DNA from: Lytechinus variegatus
Taxonomy: Eukaryota
Direction of reading: 5' to 3'
Length of the DNA: 64,000 bases
Assembly: GCF_018143015.1 (NCBI RefSeq)
Contig: NC_054742.1
Coordinates: 73,449,736 to 73,513,735, forward strand
Part shown: in pieces, positions 23,739 to 37,089 of the stretch
Layout of the letters: each line of letters opens with the position of its first letter
Numbering within the stretch: position 1 is the stretch's first letter
The notes under the pieces: model-generated
Database searches by the model: none
Told to the model about the DNA's origin: nothing
Seen by the model: the letters and a program-made list of their open reading frames with translations, nothing else
Position numbers and translations under genes: made by a program

Positions 23739-24169
23739 GTTTTTTTTTAAATAGCAACACAGAAACCAATTCTTAAAAAAGTTACAGTACAGTTTTGTTG
23801 GACATCTACTGCACTGGTTTCCTCGAGCGTGCAATGTCAATTTTTGTTGCGCACCTTTTGCACTGCCATGCAGTGCACAAAAAAGTTGGATGTCATGTGA
23901 CGCGTATTGGCCAATCGCGATGCTTGAAATGATATACCTAATCTATAAATGCCAATGATATTTAGTCATTATTTTTTTTGAGGAGACTCCTCCCTTCATT
24001 GCGGCTTTTAAAAACGATTATTATTTTTATACAAAATATACATATGACTTTGTGGAAACCCAATTAGCCAACTTTCTCTATGAAGAACATAAAATATGTA
24101 ACGGTAAAAGCCGAGCTGGTAGCCCAATCATATCACAATTTCAAAGGATTTGGTTCCATTCGACTATTA

Positions 24170-24313
24170 CCAGGTGAGCGTTTCATCAACATTTTTGTCC
24201 GACAAGTTGTCAGATCTGACATCTTTCCTTGATTCTGATTGGCTGAGAGGTACTGTTACTATGGTAATTGTCGGATAAAACAGAACTTGTCGGACAAAGT
24301 CCCTTCAATAAAC
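24170..24313. mobile_element. MITE, GATTGGCTGAGAG-centre family (copy 1)
   Basis: TIRs ccaggtgagcgtttcatcaaca versus ...aataaacgctcccctgg, an internal tgtcggacaa/ttgtccgacaa palindrome, and a central gattctgattggctgagagg. Confidence 0.7.
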
Positions 24314-25242
24314 GCTCCCCTGGTCTTTAAATAATCTCTCCCAACGTCTGTACCATATTTAGAAATAAAAACTGTATCCAATTGCTGACGTCATAAATGA
24401 ACTCGAGTCGATGTAGTTATAGACTTGAGTGAATTTGAGTTGTGACAAAACGCACGTACTCCTATTTTGATTTTTATCTACATGCACTAAAAAAAAAGAA
24501 GAAAACTTGGACAAATAAGACTGGTAGTCTAATGTGGCAATTAGTTCTGATTATCCTTTAATAACAGTGTTCAATGAAGGATTGAATAAATATGGAAGAC
24601 ACATTTGCAAGGAAGAGGTACATTGGAAATATAATTTCCCCTGTGACTCTTTTGCTGTACTACACTGCAAAAAACACCAGCCATGTATTGTCCACACCAA
24701 AGAAGTGTTAAATAACACCAGTTTGATTTTGGTCTAACACCAGACACCATTAAGTAAAAATAGCATCGGTTTGATTCCCAAACTGGCTATGTTTCAATAC
24801 TTCTCTGGTGTGGAAAGATTCCTTGCTGGTGTTAAATCAACATCGGAGTTTTTGCAGTGCCCCTCCGTCATTGTGTCTTTTATGTCTGTATAATTATATC
24901 CCGTTTTAAACTGAATGTAATTCAGCAGTTCGACTGCTATTTTCAGTAATTTTATTCACATAAATCATTGAATAATAAATTAATAAACCAAACTTTGAAC
25001 ATTTGTTATCCCAGTCGAATTTGTAAAATTGGCTTTTAACGAGTTCTCAGATTTGATCCTCCTGTCAAGTGCTTTAATGTAACACTTTATTTCAATTAAT
25101 CATATTTAACATTCAAATGCTTGAAATTATGAAACTGAAGGGAAATTGACTGAAATTTATAAACAATAAATGTCATTAAATTTCGACAAGTGTGACTGGG
25201 GGAAGACTTTCCTTACAAAACCTTAAAAGTCAATAAAAAGAG

Positions 25243-25795
25243 AAAAATCAAACTAGCATAGTGCTGAAAATTTCATCAAAATCGGATGTAAAATAAGAAA
25301 GTTATGACACTTTAAAGTTTCACTTATTTTTCAGAAAACAGTGATATGCACAACTAGGTGAGTCAGTCGATGATGTCCATCACTCATTATTTCTTTAGTT
25401 TTTTATTGTTTGAATTATACAATATTTTATTTTTGTTATAGATTTGACAATAAGGACCAACTTGATTGAACAATATAGTATTATACAATGCTAATTCCAC
25501 ATGTTCCGGGAGGAATTAATCGTTGTATTACTTGACATTGAGAAAATTAGAATATTTCATATAATAACATACAAAAGAAATAGTGAGTGGATGACGTCAT
25601 AGTCTCCTCGTTTGCATACCAGCCAGGATGTGCATATAACTGTTTTGTGAAATTAAGCGAAACTTTTAAATGTCATAACTTTCTTATTTTACATCCGATT
25701 TTGAAGAAATTTTCAGTGTTATGCTTGTTGGATATTTCTCTTTTTATTCAAATCAACTTTTTGTTGGGGTGGACTTGTCCTTTATTAACCAGTTT
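25243..25795. mobile_element. Arm-centre-arm repeat (complete copy): ~170-bp inverted arms flanking a ~220-bp centre
   Basis: 25243-25390 is the reverse complement of 25590-25760 (...aaaatcggatgtaaaataagaaagttatgacactttaaagtttc...). Partial copies lie at 30160-30490, 34840-35010 and 52575-52745. Confidence 0.65.
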
Positions 25796-26940
25796 GAGCT
25801 AGTTTCTTTCGCTTTTTTCTGTTTAATTAGAACATGGGTGCTCTATTTTTATTTGTACTGTTTCACAACAACAATATTAATGGTAACAATATAAACTACA
25901 AAATTTCTTATAAAAAGGAACAGAAAAACAATAATAAAAATGAAAAAAAGAACTGAAGAAAAAAACAAACCACAACTGAACAAAAGATACTTACACATAT
26001 TTTTAACAACTATAATGCTGCTTTATTCTATTTTATAAACTTGGAAGAGATAACACTTGAAAAAAGTAAATGCAAAATACATGATCAATCAAGGTATTTA
26101 TTTAGAAGTTACAATATGCTTAATATCATATACATATGCACTGATCCTCGAACGAGCAAAGACTTTGTGGATTTCACTAATACTTCTTTTCAAATTAAGA
26201 ATTTCTTTTCGTTCATACCACATTCTTTAAAATGATGCAAGTTTTGAAAGAAATTTAAAATATCATGATTCAGCATACATTCCCCCTGGACAGGCATATC
26301 TTCCTCTCTATGAATAATGCATAAAACAAACAAAAAAATTACACCCAAATGAAATAAAACATGATTTTATAATGGTAGTATTGTTTATTATTCCGCAATT
26401 CAAATACAATGCATCCTTACTAACAGTGTTCTGTTTACTCGTTAAATTTTGGGATTTGAAAATACCAATGAGAAAATGATTTCATATATGTTGTTTGATT
26501 ACACTTAAATGTGTCTAAAACTCTAAATACATTAAAAAAAGGTAAATCCAAACTAGAATACAAATAATTTTTTCTCTTGATCAAATTTAACTTTTTTTTT
26601 TGGGGGGGGGGGGCGTTGTCACAAGATTAAGTCCTGGATACATGCCTTCTCATTCTGATTAAATTCATTTTACCAACAAAAAAGGGGCAAAATTTCATTT
26701 AAAAATTACCATACACCTGCTGAGCATAATGTTTCCATAAAGTTCTACATTTGCCGATGGCTAACTATGCAAAAATTTTCCAACAAAAGAAGCGGGAAAT
26801 TTCTCAATTCATTATACACCTGCTCAACAAAATGTTTCCATGCGATTCTTGATTGCCCATGGCCAAATATGTTTCTCATAAATAGGTTTCATTGTGAAAT
26901 GATATTAATAGAGCCTGGAGAGACAAGAAAACCACATAAC

Positions 26941-27107
26941 GGGAGTGTTTCATCAACACTTTTATCCGACAAGTACATGTAGTCCGATCTGACATCTTTC
27001 ATTGATTCTGATTGGCTGAGAGGCATTATTACCATGGCAACTGTTAGATAAAATGGTAGTTCTTGGATAAAACGTCCAATAAATTCTTTTCTGAAACGCT
27101 ACCCAGG
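26941..27107. mobile_element. MITE, GATTGGCTGAGAG-centre family (copy 2)
   Basis: gggagtgtttcatcaacac...gattctgattggctgagaggc...ctgaaacgctacccagg. Confidence 0.7.
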
Positions 27108-28746
27108 TTTTGGAGTAACACATGGGGAAAAAAGGAAGAGGCATTTGTCTGAAAAATAACAAGCTTTTAATTTTTCTTTTGGACACAAGCAATAGTTGTG
27201 ATGTATTAATTAATGAGTTTGTAAATGGTTAAATGCGCAATGTTGCAAGAGTGAGGAAAAGATGCATAATATCCAGTGAGATATGGAGTGAGAATGTGGT
27301 TTAAAAAACATAATAAATCCTGCCTTTATTATTATCATTTACCTTGATTGAAAATCTCAGTAAGAATAAACGTCTTTTTATCTAAAAAAAAATCCCATTA
27401 ATTTGGTCCTATCCACTTCCCCCTTTCACCGATGAGCAGCATAACCATTCTCAGATATAGATAAAAATCATTTAATATAACTATTGATACTGGTATTTAC
27501 AACGTCAATACTATACTAATATTTTTCGAGTTAAATTAGATTTACATTTATCGACGAAGGAAAAGTAGGCAGGCAGTCCTCCATGTTTACATACAGATAA
27601 GATTTTTTAGCCTTAATTATTGTAACTTTCACTGAAATTTGATGGTTATTGGATGATGAGCCCTGTTTCCATGGTAGTTGCCACGATGGAAAAGTTATTG
27701 AGTATCGAAATGTGGAGTCATCAATTTTCCTTTTTTTGCATATCAGCGTTTTTGATACCATATTTTGGTAGAGCATGATGATAACCCCTAAAACCAAAAT
27801 TTGGTGGGAAACGGTCCATAGGGCCCTAAGATATGACATCATGAATACAAAATTAGCCCCATTGAAGTCAATGTATTATTGGCCCGGTTCCTACCATTTA
27901 GAACCAGGCCAATTATACACCAATAATACGCTGTGAAATGCTAAAAAAAGGTTTTTTTGGGTGACGTCATCACTCCGGTACTCTATTATAGTTGCGACTC
28001 TTTATAGAATGGATTCCTGATTATCTAATGTTAAGGTTTGGTAGGATGTCTTCAACAAAATGAACAAAGATCTTTATGACCCATTGCTAACATATTTTTT
28101 CTGAACTAGCATAGCATCGGTATATAAATAATGATGGAATAATTCAATGTAATAGCATTCTTTCCCTTCTAAATGTATTTACAATCCCGGCAAAAACATG
28201 CGAACCAATCAAATCAAATACTAATATACTTCGAAAAGTGAGGGAGGGGGGGTCATTGATTCTTTGACCGGTGTTATTACATTTGCTATTTCTGATATTT
28301 AACAAAATATCTTTAATCATTCCCTTATCTCATCTTTTATCAGTTCTTATGTATCCTCTTCTTTTAGCTTTTCTTCCATCAATTATGCGTTTCCTTGTTT
28401 TTCTTTCTTTCAACTTCTCTTTTTCACTAACTTGCAATAAAAATAGATCATGCAAATTGTGTGAGATATTTCTGCTTCCTTTGAACCCACTGGACGAAGA
28501 CGAGTATATCTATATGCCAAGGTTATCAGATGAAGCCATACACTTCTTTGCTATGCTAAAGCAGTGATGATGTCACAAAGGAAATCTGCAGCCTACCTAA
28601 CTGACTGCTTAATTCTGAAAAATCTGCAAATCTATTCATATCAAAATGTCTGTATAAAACATATAATGCACAGGGTCAAGTTTGTGACATTAGTGGCTCT
28701 GATGCAAGCATTTCTGATTATATAATTACCTCTCACTTTTACATCG

Positions 28747-28896
28747 GGGGCCCGTTTCATAAAGGGCTACAACTTTGCCGTTATTGCAACTACCATGGTA
28801 ACCTTGATTTTGATTGGCTGCTGAGCCCCGTTGCCATGGTAGTGGCGATAACGGCAAAGTTACAACAGTTATAACTCTTTATGAAATGGGCCCCTG
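28747..28896. mobile_element. MITE, GATTGGCTG-centre family (copy 3, ~38-bp TIRs)
   Basis: gggcccgtttcataaagggctacaactttgccgttattgcaactaccatggtaacc ... gattttgattggctgctgagcc ... then the inverse arm ending ctctttatgaaatgggcccc. Confidence 0.75.
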
Positions 28897-28999
28897 TTTT
28901 ATTAAGAGTTTTAAGGGGAATCCCCTTCATCCTGTAGTATTATTGCTGAGGTTTAGAAGCTGCCCCTGAAGATGGCTTCCAAATAATCTTGCAAGAAAC

Positions 29000-29152
29000 T
29001 GGAGACTGTTTCATGGTTCATCTTGTCAGTGATTTTTCACTGACAAACTAGGACTCGGCCAATCACATGCAAGAACTTCAGTAGCTTTTAACAGTTGTCA
29101 ATGAAATTCACCAACTACTTTGTTTCATGAAATGCTCCCCAGGCACATGGTG
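29000..29152. mobile_element. MITE, CCAAT-centre family (copy 4, inverted centre ggccaatcac)
   Basis: ...gactgtttcatggttc...ctcggccaatcacatgc...tttgtttcatgaaatgctccccagg. Confidence 0.55.
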
Positions 29153-29271
29153 GAATTCAACGAGATTTCTTGTGCTTCCTGTAACGGATGAGAAATTAAA
29201 AAAAAAACAGAGAAAGAGGTATAGAGATGTTAATAATTATGATAACTACATGATCTAAAATAATCTTCAAT

Positions 29272-29576
29272 AATAATAATAATAACAGACAGTTCTTGTA
29301 TAGCGCATAACACATTATAATAACGTCTCTATGCGCTTCCAAAGGACTTGGATATTATTACCCTGGCTTTAGCCTCGCAGCCTTTTACAGCGCGCTGGCA
29401 TTTCAAGGAATAAATTCCTGCCAGGTACCCATTTACCTCACCTGGGTTGAGTGCAGCACAATGTGGATAAATTTCTTGCTGAAGGAAACTACGCCATGGC
29501 TTGGATTTGAACCCACGACCCTCTGTTTCAAAGTCCGGAGACTAATCCACTGGGCCACAACGCACCACTCCACTTC
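29272..29576 (-). mobile_element. tRNA-derived SINE, full length, (AAT)n tail on the + strand
   Basis: The minus strand reads gtggagtggtgcgttgtggcccagtggattagtctccggactttgaaacagagggtcgtgggttcaaatcc (tRNA-like head) ... ttccttcagcaagaaatttatccacattgtgctgcactcaacccaggtgaggtaaatgggtacc ... (tta)n. It matches the + copy at 39978. Confidence 0.75.
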
Positions 29577-30159
29577 AATACGCTAAATTATGATGTTGTT
29601 GTTGGGTGTTAAAACCTTGTATCTCAAAATTTAGAATAAGTGAGGACAGCTTAGAAGATGCTTGCTTTTAGATTTATGATAAACCTCGCTACCTCTTTTG
29701 CCAAGGTTCTCTCTAGAAATTAGGAGACGCATTTCACACATTATGAGGCTTCCACCATTACAACATTTCTAGAATAACACCTTTTCTGAGCTACTCTCAA
29801 ACTATTCAAATCTTTAAGACGAGGTTTTAAAATACCAGATGTGATGCAATCAATGTAAAATGATACAATATTTAAGTGATGCATATTATTACTCCAGCTT
29901 TAGCACCGTCAGAGGGTGATTGAATATTCAAAGAATTCCATCATACCTGGGTATTATCATATGCTTGATTTTCTCAATTGATTGTACACTGTAGTCAATG
30001 CAATCAGTCGTAGAAAAATGTTCTACAATCATTGCTAAGCTTTGTGTTACGGGCCCCTGGTACCCATTCACATAAGAACCATTGCAGAAAGATTTGCGAT
30101 CAAATTATTATATCAGAAATTATGTTTATTCAAAATGTGTCCACCCCAGAAAAATCTTG

Positions 30160-30490
30160 ATTTGAAAAAATAGAGAAAAATCAAACTAGCATAACACTGA
30201 AAATTCATCAAAATTGCATGTAAAAAAGGAAAGTTATGACATTTTAAAATTTCACTTATTTTCACAAAACGGTGATATGCACAGCACAGCTCACTGAGAT
30301 GCAGATGAGACAGTCGATGATGTCCCTCACCATTTCTCTAGATTTTCATTGTTTAAATTATACAATATTTCATTTTTTTTGCAGATTGACAATAAGGACC
30401 AACTTGTATTATACAATGCTAATTCAACATGTTTAGGGAGGAATTCATTGTTTCACTTGACAATGAGGAGAAAACTAGAGATGCTCGGCA
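30160..30490. mobile_element. Arm-centre repeat, truncated copy of the family at 25243
   Basis: 30160-30340 aligns with arm 25243-25390, and 30340-30480 aligns with centre 25390-25500 (gacaataaggaccaacttg, tacaatgctaattc). Confidence 0.6.
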
Positions 30491-31599
30491 GGTCGCGAGG
30501 CCGAGCACATGCATCCCTCGAACCCACCGCGTCATCCGTCATTGCGATATATAGAGCTCACATAGAAATTTGCCAATAAATACAATTATCATGGCTACAA
30601 TGATCCTGCCCACATTTTGCCTGTTGGTACCAAATTTGATGACAATAATATGACGTAGCAGCGTGACTCTGCAGAACCTAAAGTATTGTCAAGTATCACC
30701 TGTTGGGAATACAATTATAGTAATTACACAATTAGAGTAGTGTGGATATATGTTTGTTTTCATTAATTGTTCATTGAACCATGAAATGATGAGTATTGTT
30801 GAAGAAACTCTTTCCCAAAATAACTCATCATATTTGATCATTTTTATCAATAGAAATTTATGTGTAAAAAATCAAATTATAGCAAATGTTGACTTGTGTT
30901 TATTTAACCGTGAAATGTAGCCAAAAAAGTTGTATCGTCCTTTAAAAAGTACCTTTTACAAGCCTTCTATTCTTTTTATGATAAGAATGTGGAATTTGTT
31001 CCAATAAAGTGGAATCAAAGTCATGATATTTAGCTGTGACTTTTGAAAAGTGACAATTTTGCCTTCTGGCAGTGCTCACTGAAGCATGACATAAAATACG
31101 TCCATAACATTTACTCAGAGGGTAGCTTATAAAAATACCTACACGCTCATGTAAAATAATATTAAAAACTCCCATTGGTTCGGGAATTATGGATGTTTGT
31201 TTAAGGGGGGACTTACTTTTTTTGTTGTGTATATATATTAAGTTCAATATCAAAAATGAAATTTTGATCTTTTTTATGCAGGGGTGGATCCATGAGGGGG
31301 CACATTTTCCCAAGGAAAAATTTGACAATTTTATCTTTAGATTTTTTTCATTTAATCTTCAGAGAGTGAAAAATCCATGCCAATATTTTCTTTCTTTTCT
31401 TCAAGAAGCATTGGCTTGATAAACAAACGATATTAAGGAGTTCTAATGTCAGTCTTAAACTTTGATAAAGAATCAATGAAGAGAATTATAATATAAAATT
31501 GTAATTCCTTTTTTGTGCGTTATTTATTTGTTGATTCTCTGAGGAAATTTGAACTTCACCTTTAAGAATATCATAGTACCCTCTTTGGCAAGGTTTGAT

Positions 31600-32892
31600 C
31601 TACGGCAAGGCTCGACATTAGCGGTGGCCCGGTGGCCCGGGGCCACCAAAAATTCATCTCGGGCAACCATTATTGAAAAAATGTTAAGTTTTGGTGGCCC
31701 GAATCGGGCAACCAATAATTTTCAAAGTAGCGCAATTTTTCTCCTGATTTTGCATGCATTTATCAACCTTCTACAGTTAAAATTGCAAGCCAATTCGTCA
31801 TGCGCCTTTTTTGTTAATCTACACACAAATACACACACACAAAGAGTGCATAGTCATGACAGTATGTAGGCCTACCGCTAGCATACAGTAACTATTATTC
31901 AGCCGGCCGTGCCGGCTGTCTGGCTGAGCTTTGCATGCGCATGCAGCTAGCTGTGCACGAGCAGACTATTCAGACCCAGGGAGCTGCGATACGAAATGTT
32001 ACTGCTAAGAAATCTTCCCCAGAACTTTGGAAATCTACGTCAAAGTCACATTTTACACCAATGAAATGCCCTTCTACAGTCCATATTACTGAAACCTGAT
32101 TAATTGCAAGCATTAAAAGGAGGAATTATGACCTCTCTTTTGACTCAAAAAGACCGATTTCCAAATGCATTAATACACATAGGTGAGTACATCACAGTCC
32201 CATATGTGCATTTGTATGTATGTTGATATTTGGTTTATTTCGAAGCTGTGTCTCTTTGAGCCAAAAATAAATAGGCCGCTCTTTCTTGTTTACAAATGAC
32301 TTCGTAAACCATTCTTAAGGAAGTAAATACTTTTGGAAGGCATTTCATTGATATGACATGTGATTTTTTTTCCATCATTTTGTCAAATATAGGGAAGGAA
32401 TTGTCTCACTGTTTTTTCCAGATAACTTTTGCCATTTTATTTTTTTCTTTCATTTTTTTTCAGTGATTAAACCATTTATACCCCTTCCCATTGAAAATAC
32501 CTGATTAAAGAACATGTTACTACTGAATAATAATAATTTTTCCCATTTTTTGATAATTTTGTTTTATTTATTTTTCTTAAATTCTTTTTGTTTTTCTCAA
32601 AATTTTTTTTATGACCTGTTCTTTGTTTTTTCTTTCTTCATTTTTTCTTTTGTTTTATGCAAAGTAAAATAACAGCAAGCACGATTTATATACAAGATGT
32701 ACAAAGAATAGTGGTACGTGTTAGTGATTGCAGAATATTTCAGTTTGTTTTATTCATTTTTAATTAATGTTTTTCTTTATATTTTTCGGGCCACCAAACT
32801 TTATAAGTGGGCCACCAAAAAAATTATTTGAAGGTTTTGGTGGCCCGAACGGGCCACCACCAAAAAAAGTTAATGTGGAGCCTTGTCTACGG
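31600..32892. mobile_element. ~1.3-kb non-autonomous TIR DNA element with GGTGGCCCG subterminal repeats
   Basis: ctacggcaaggctcgacattagcggtggcccgg (31600-) versus the reverse complement of ...cgggccacc...taatgtggagccttgtctacgg (-32892). At least 5 ggtggcccg/cgggccacc copies occur within ~120 bp of each end. The interior has no ORF beyond 106 codons. Confidence 0.6.
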
Positions 32893-33124
32893 TATACTGC
32901 CTAATACTCAGCAAAGGCCATATGAACTTCTACCTTACACATGTAGTCAATTCCAATCAGAAGCTCCAAGGATTATGAACTTTAGCCAAGAAAAGTGGTT
33001 TTATATCGAAATATATGCACCTTTTTTCAGTAGGGATCCCAACCAAAAAGTTTTTTTTTATAGATATTTTGAAAATGAAAATCCATATTTTATTGTTCTT
33101 AATAGACATGAAATGAAATACTAA

Positions 33125-33800
33125 AATAATTTGCATAAAAATGCCCATTTGGTTGTGGGTCCGACGGCCCTTTCATCACTGAATGCCAAACAGGGTAGCA
33201 GCAACTGCCATCTTTTAACATCTTTTGGTCTGATAATGCCCAGGGTTTGAACTCCCAACCTCCTGGGGCTTGTAACACATATACCGTGTTTACACATTGA
33301 CTCGGCTCGGGGGTTGAACACGAGAGCCGTGCTCAACACGGCAATTTTATGCTGTGTAAACGCGATCAGAGTGATCCGCGAGCCGTGTCGAACACGGCTT
33401 TATCGATCCTACAAAATCGAAGGTTTCAACCCGCGACCCGAGTCAGACTCGGCAATTTTTTTGTGTGTAAACAGAAAGCCGTGTCGAACTCTCTTGACCT
33501 AGGTCACTGCGCGCGCTTTCACTTTTGGCATTGTTGTTGTCGCCCGTCGCAAGAGTCCCAAGCTTTCCAGCGTTTAATTTGCGACGTCATAATTCTTCTT
33601 CCGTTCGAGATCCGCGAGCCGTGTTGAACTCGCCTTTTTATATACACGTATGAACGCGATCTCTGATCCCTTCTTCGCAGTGTTCAACCCGGCTCGCGGA
33701 TTCAACCCCCGAGCCGAGTCAATGTGTAAACACGGTAAAAGATTAGCAATGCTCGTGAGATGGACGCTCCACTAACTGAGCCAGCATACTGGTTGCACAA
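33125..33800 (-). mobile_element. tRNA-like SINE head interrupted by a nested MITE
   Basis: The minus strand reads gctggctcagttagtggagcgtccatctcacgagc...[452-bp insertion]...ggttgggagttcaaaccctgggc (D-arm and T-arm consensus). Confidence 0.5.
33284..33735. mobile_element. 452-bp MITE with 35-bp TIR CCGTGTTTACACATTGACTCGGCTCGGGGGTTGAA and TA TSD
   Basis: Ends ta|ccgtgtttacacattgactcggctcgggggttgaa ... ttcaacccccgagccgagtcaatgtgtaaacacgg|ta. It also has 4 internal subterminal GAGCCGTG(Y)(Y)(S)AACAC repeats. Confidence 0.8.
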
Positions 33801-35129
33801 TGATTACTTAATTGAAAAAATGTAGAATCACCTTCATGATCTTATGAAATTAAAGTTGAGCTCCCTTAAGGGTACAATTAGAATCCTATGTGCTGTAAAA
33901 AGAACTATATGTTATAATTTTTTTTTTTTCTACTCTCCAGGCACTAATTACTTGCTTGCTGCCAGTGCCGCAGCCCAGTTCTTGCTGGTCCCTGGGAAAA
34001 AATGGGGTTGGTGAAATGGCAATCGAGGGAAAATATCAATTACTTCTAGGAAGTGACAAGGCTTTACTGATATCTTTCCCTCAAATTAGAGAAATCTTAA
34101 ATGCATTCAGACTTTCCGGTCTGGGATTTTAATTTTGTTTAAGGTATGAAATGAAAGCTTCAAGATTTGTGGAAGGATGTCTTTGCATATCGATGAGCTG
34201 TACATAATATGCATGGGACATTTGAGAGGAAGATACATGTAGAGGTTAAGGGTTGACACAAGTGCCCTCTATGGTCTACTCAGCCATTTGCTAATCAATA
34301 TTAACTTTGTGTGTGTAGTAAGCAAAAAAAAAGCAAAAATTAAGAATATTAGATTAGGGTTGCTTGGTACATTGATATACATTGTTACCCCCAAATAATT
34401 GAACCCACCAGAAATGAACATATTCAAAGTGTTCAAGTTCTAAATAGATATCTAATTGTGAAGTCAGGTGATAAAATATTACATTCAATAAAGTTTGTTT
34501 CTCTAGGCTCGCTAAACATTAGATTTGTAGTGTTGTCTACAATCACCACTCAACATGAATGAGTGCACTTTGTGGTGGGGGTTAAACATTTAGGCACAAC
34601 TGTATACAATATATATATTTTTTAAATTCTTCTTTTTATGAGGGGGTGGGATCCAATTGTAATCAAGAAACACATTATTGGCAAGTAGGATTAATTGGAT
34701 TGTGGCAAACTGAACTATTTTAGCCTAAACATGATATTCAAAGGAGTGTTTTACACATTGCTTGTTAAGATTTAATTGGTACCATGGTCACCATTTAAAT
34801 GACAAGTCCCCACCAAGAAGTGGATTTCCATAAGGGACAATCAAACAAGCACATTGATGAAAATTTCATTGAAATCGGATGAAAAATAGGAAATTCAAAG
34901 TACATGCACTTTAAAATTCAACCTATTTTTCGTATACCATTTAATCAATATGCACAGCACAACACAGTCACAGTGATTTGCAAATGAAAGAGTTGATGAT
35001 GTTGCTACATGTATTATACGGATGTGTCATATGAAATATATTTGATAAAAATATGAGAAAACTAGAGAGGGAGAGAGAAATGGTGGAATAAGAGAAGAGG
35101 GAGAGAGAGAGAGAGAGGGGGGGGGGGGG

Positions 35130-35700
35130 GCTGACTGTAGGCAGGTCCCCAAAAAGTGGCTTATTTCATCCAAGTGATATTCATGACTAGAAATGAGCTT
35201 GATGTGGACCAAAACACCCCTTTTAATTCAGTCAATGCTGCTCTAAATATACATGTACTTGATTTTGGTATCATTGTATAGAAGAATCATTCTTTCAGGT
35301 CATAACCCGTGCTTGTTGTTTTGAAGCCTTATCCAGCCAATTAGAACTCTAAATTTTATGCTACTCCAACATTTTAGAAATCTCGTCTTATACCTTGGTG
35401 GGCAAAGTGTGATCTTGACCCGATTAAAAGGTGCTGCATATTAAGAGTGACATTGTGAGAAAGTACAGAAACTCAGGTTTGTGGTGATATAGACATCTTT
35501 GAGGCTCAAAATAAAAAAAAAGTTTTGCACAATTTGCAAAAGAAAACAGGAAGAAAATTAATTTCTTATGCACATTTAAAGGCCTGAATTTCACTCATTT
35601 ATTAAAATATTGTATACAAAATAGATGACCAATATGAAAGAGTAACATTTACTCTGCCCAACTGTGCAAAGATATACAATTTGGTGGTCGAGATTGAGAG
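35130..35700 (+). repeat. Dispersed repeat (copy 1), same family as 59375-60310
   Basis: ggcaggtccccaaaaagtggcttatttcatccaagtgatattcatgact... and ...ccttatccagccaattagaactct...tgtgatcttgacccgattaaaaggtgc... align with the second copy. Confidence 0.65.
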
Positions 35701-37089
35701 CAATATAGAGTTACAGAGAAGAGATGCCACTTAAGATTGATTTTAAAGTCTGAAAATCATCTAGAATGACCCTGCTCTGACATGAAAAGGGTGGCCTTCC
35801 TGAGAGTGAAAGAATATATATCTTGCTCACAGGCAAACGCAGGTGATTCGTGATTTCATTTAATACTACAATACATCATGGTCATACCCTACAACTCGGT
35901 ACGTCTCATTGCTCCATAAACAGGTCTCTAACTATCAAAGCTAACAGAAATGAAAAAAAATAGCAATGCTAGATCACCAAACTAATCGCACTTCTCCGTG
36001 ACATTTCATAAATTAGACAGTGCTCACTTCATTCAAAATCGTCATAAATAGTAGGGTAATTCAGGCGAAGAATTCAATCTTCTGAAACCAAGGCCACTAG
36101 AAGTAAATCCATGCTTTTTAATACCAACAAAGTACAAGTACATGTACTACAAAACTGCATGAGAGAGCGCGAAAGAGTGACCTGGTCAAAAGTTTGTAAC
36201 AGCACAAAAAGTAATCGGAGAAAATAATATCTTAAGGTCCATGTTAATATAATGGCCATTGTGACCAATGAACTTTGACCTCATGACCTTAACCTAAATC
36301 AGATTATCATCCTTCCAATTTGCATAAAGATTGAAGATGATCCATCAAAGCAGTTATTTTGAACTATCATGAGAAGAAATTTTAATGTACATTTATGACT
36401 TCGATATCATGACCCCCAATATCAAACAAAATATTTGTTTAAAATCTCATATGCAACCGAATAATTCATACATGAACCTACATACAAACTTAGTGGACTC
36501 TCAAATAGGTCTTTAGTTTGCGTGAGACGATAATTCCAGGTTATTAATGTCAATGTGACCACGAAATCAATTATACAATCATTGTCCATCCAACATGAGC
36601 AGAGATCGAGGTTGATTCCATTCAAAACAGTGGTTGGTTTGTAAACTAAGGGTGACTGTTATTAGCAAAGAAAGAAACCTGAATTCACACAAATAATATT
36701 GCCGGGGAAACACATCCCTCAATTGTGGTTTACACACCCATAGGCAAAGCTGCTCATAAATGTACGATTAGTAAAAGAAAAGATATTTGGACGATGGATG
36801 CTTACCCATCCCTTAATTACCTGCAATTTACAAGCAGATTTAAAGGCGTCCATATATTACTTAATCTCGAACAAAAGACTGTGTTTAAGGAAAGTGGGAA
36901 TGAGTTTCCTGTGACCAAATCAATTTTGACAAATATTTACCTTTGCATGAAAAAGCTTGAATCTACAAAGTTCACATTTCAATGTCAGCTGACAGAAATT
37001 TACACGATTGTGAGTCAGTCATAGCTTTACAAGTTGGCTCCATATGAAACAGTGCCCTGGAGAGTCTCTTGTAAACAGTCTAGTAAATT

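Noticed and set aside
23035-23754. ORFs 23035-23415 (minus, 126 aa) and 23380-23754 (plus, 124 aa) as genes
   Set aside because: They overlap on opposite strands inside the motif-array TIR element. They are poly-K/poly-F low-complexity, driven by poly-T/poly-A tracts.
25587-25802. Small ORFs with similar peptides at 25587-25802 and 52576-52770 (…KCHNFLILHP…FQINFLLGWTCPL…) as a conserved micro-protein
   Set aside because: The conservation is due to both lying in copies of the same arm-centre-arm repeat. The other copies (30160, 34840) do not keep the frame.
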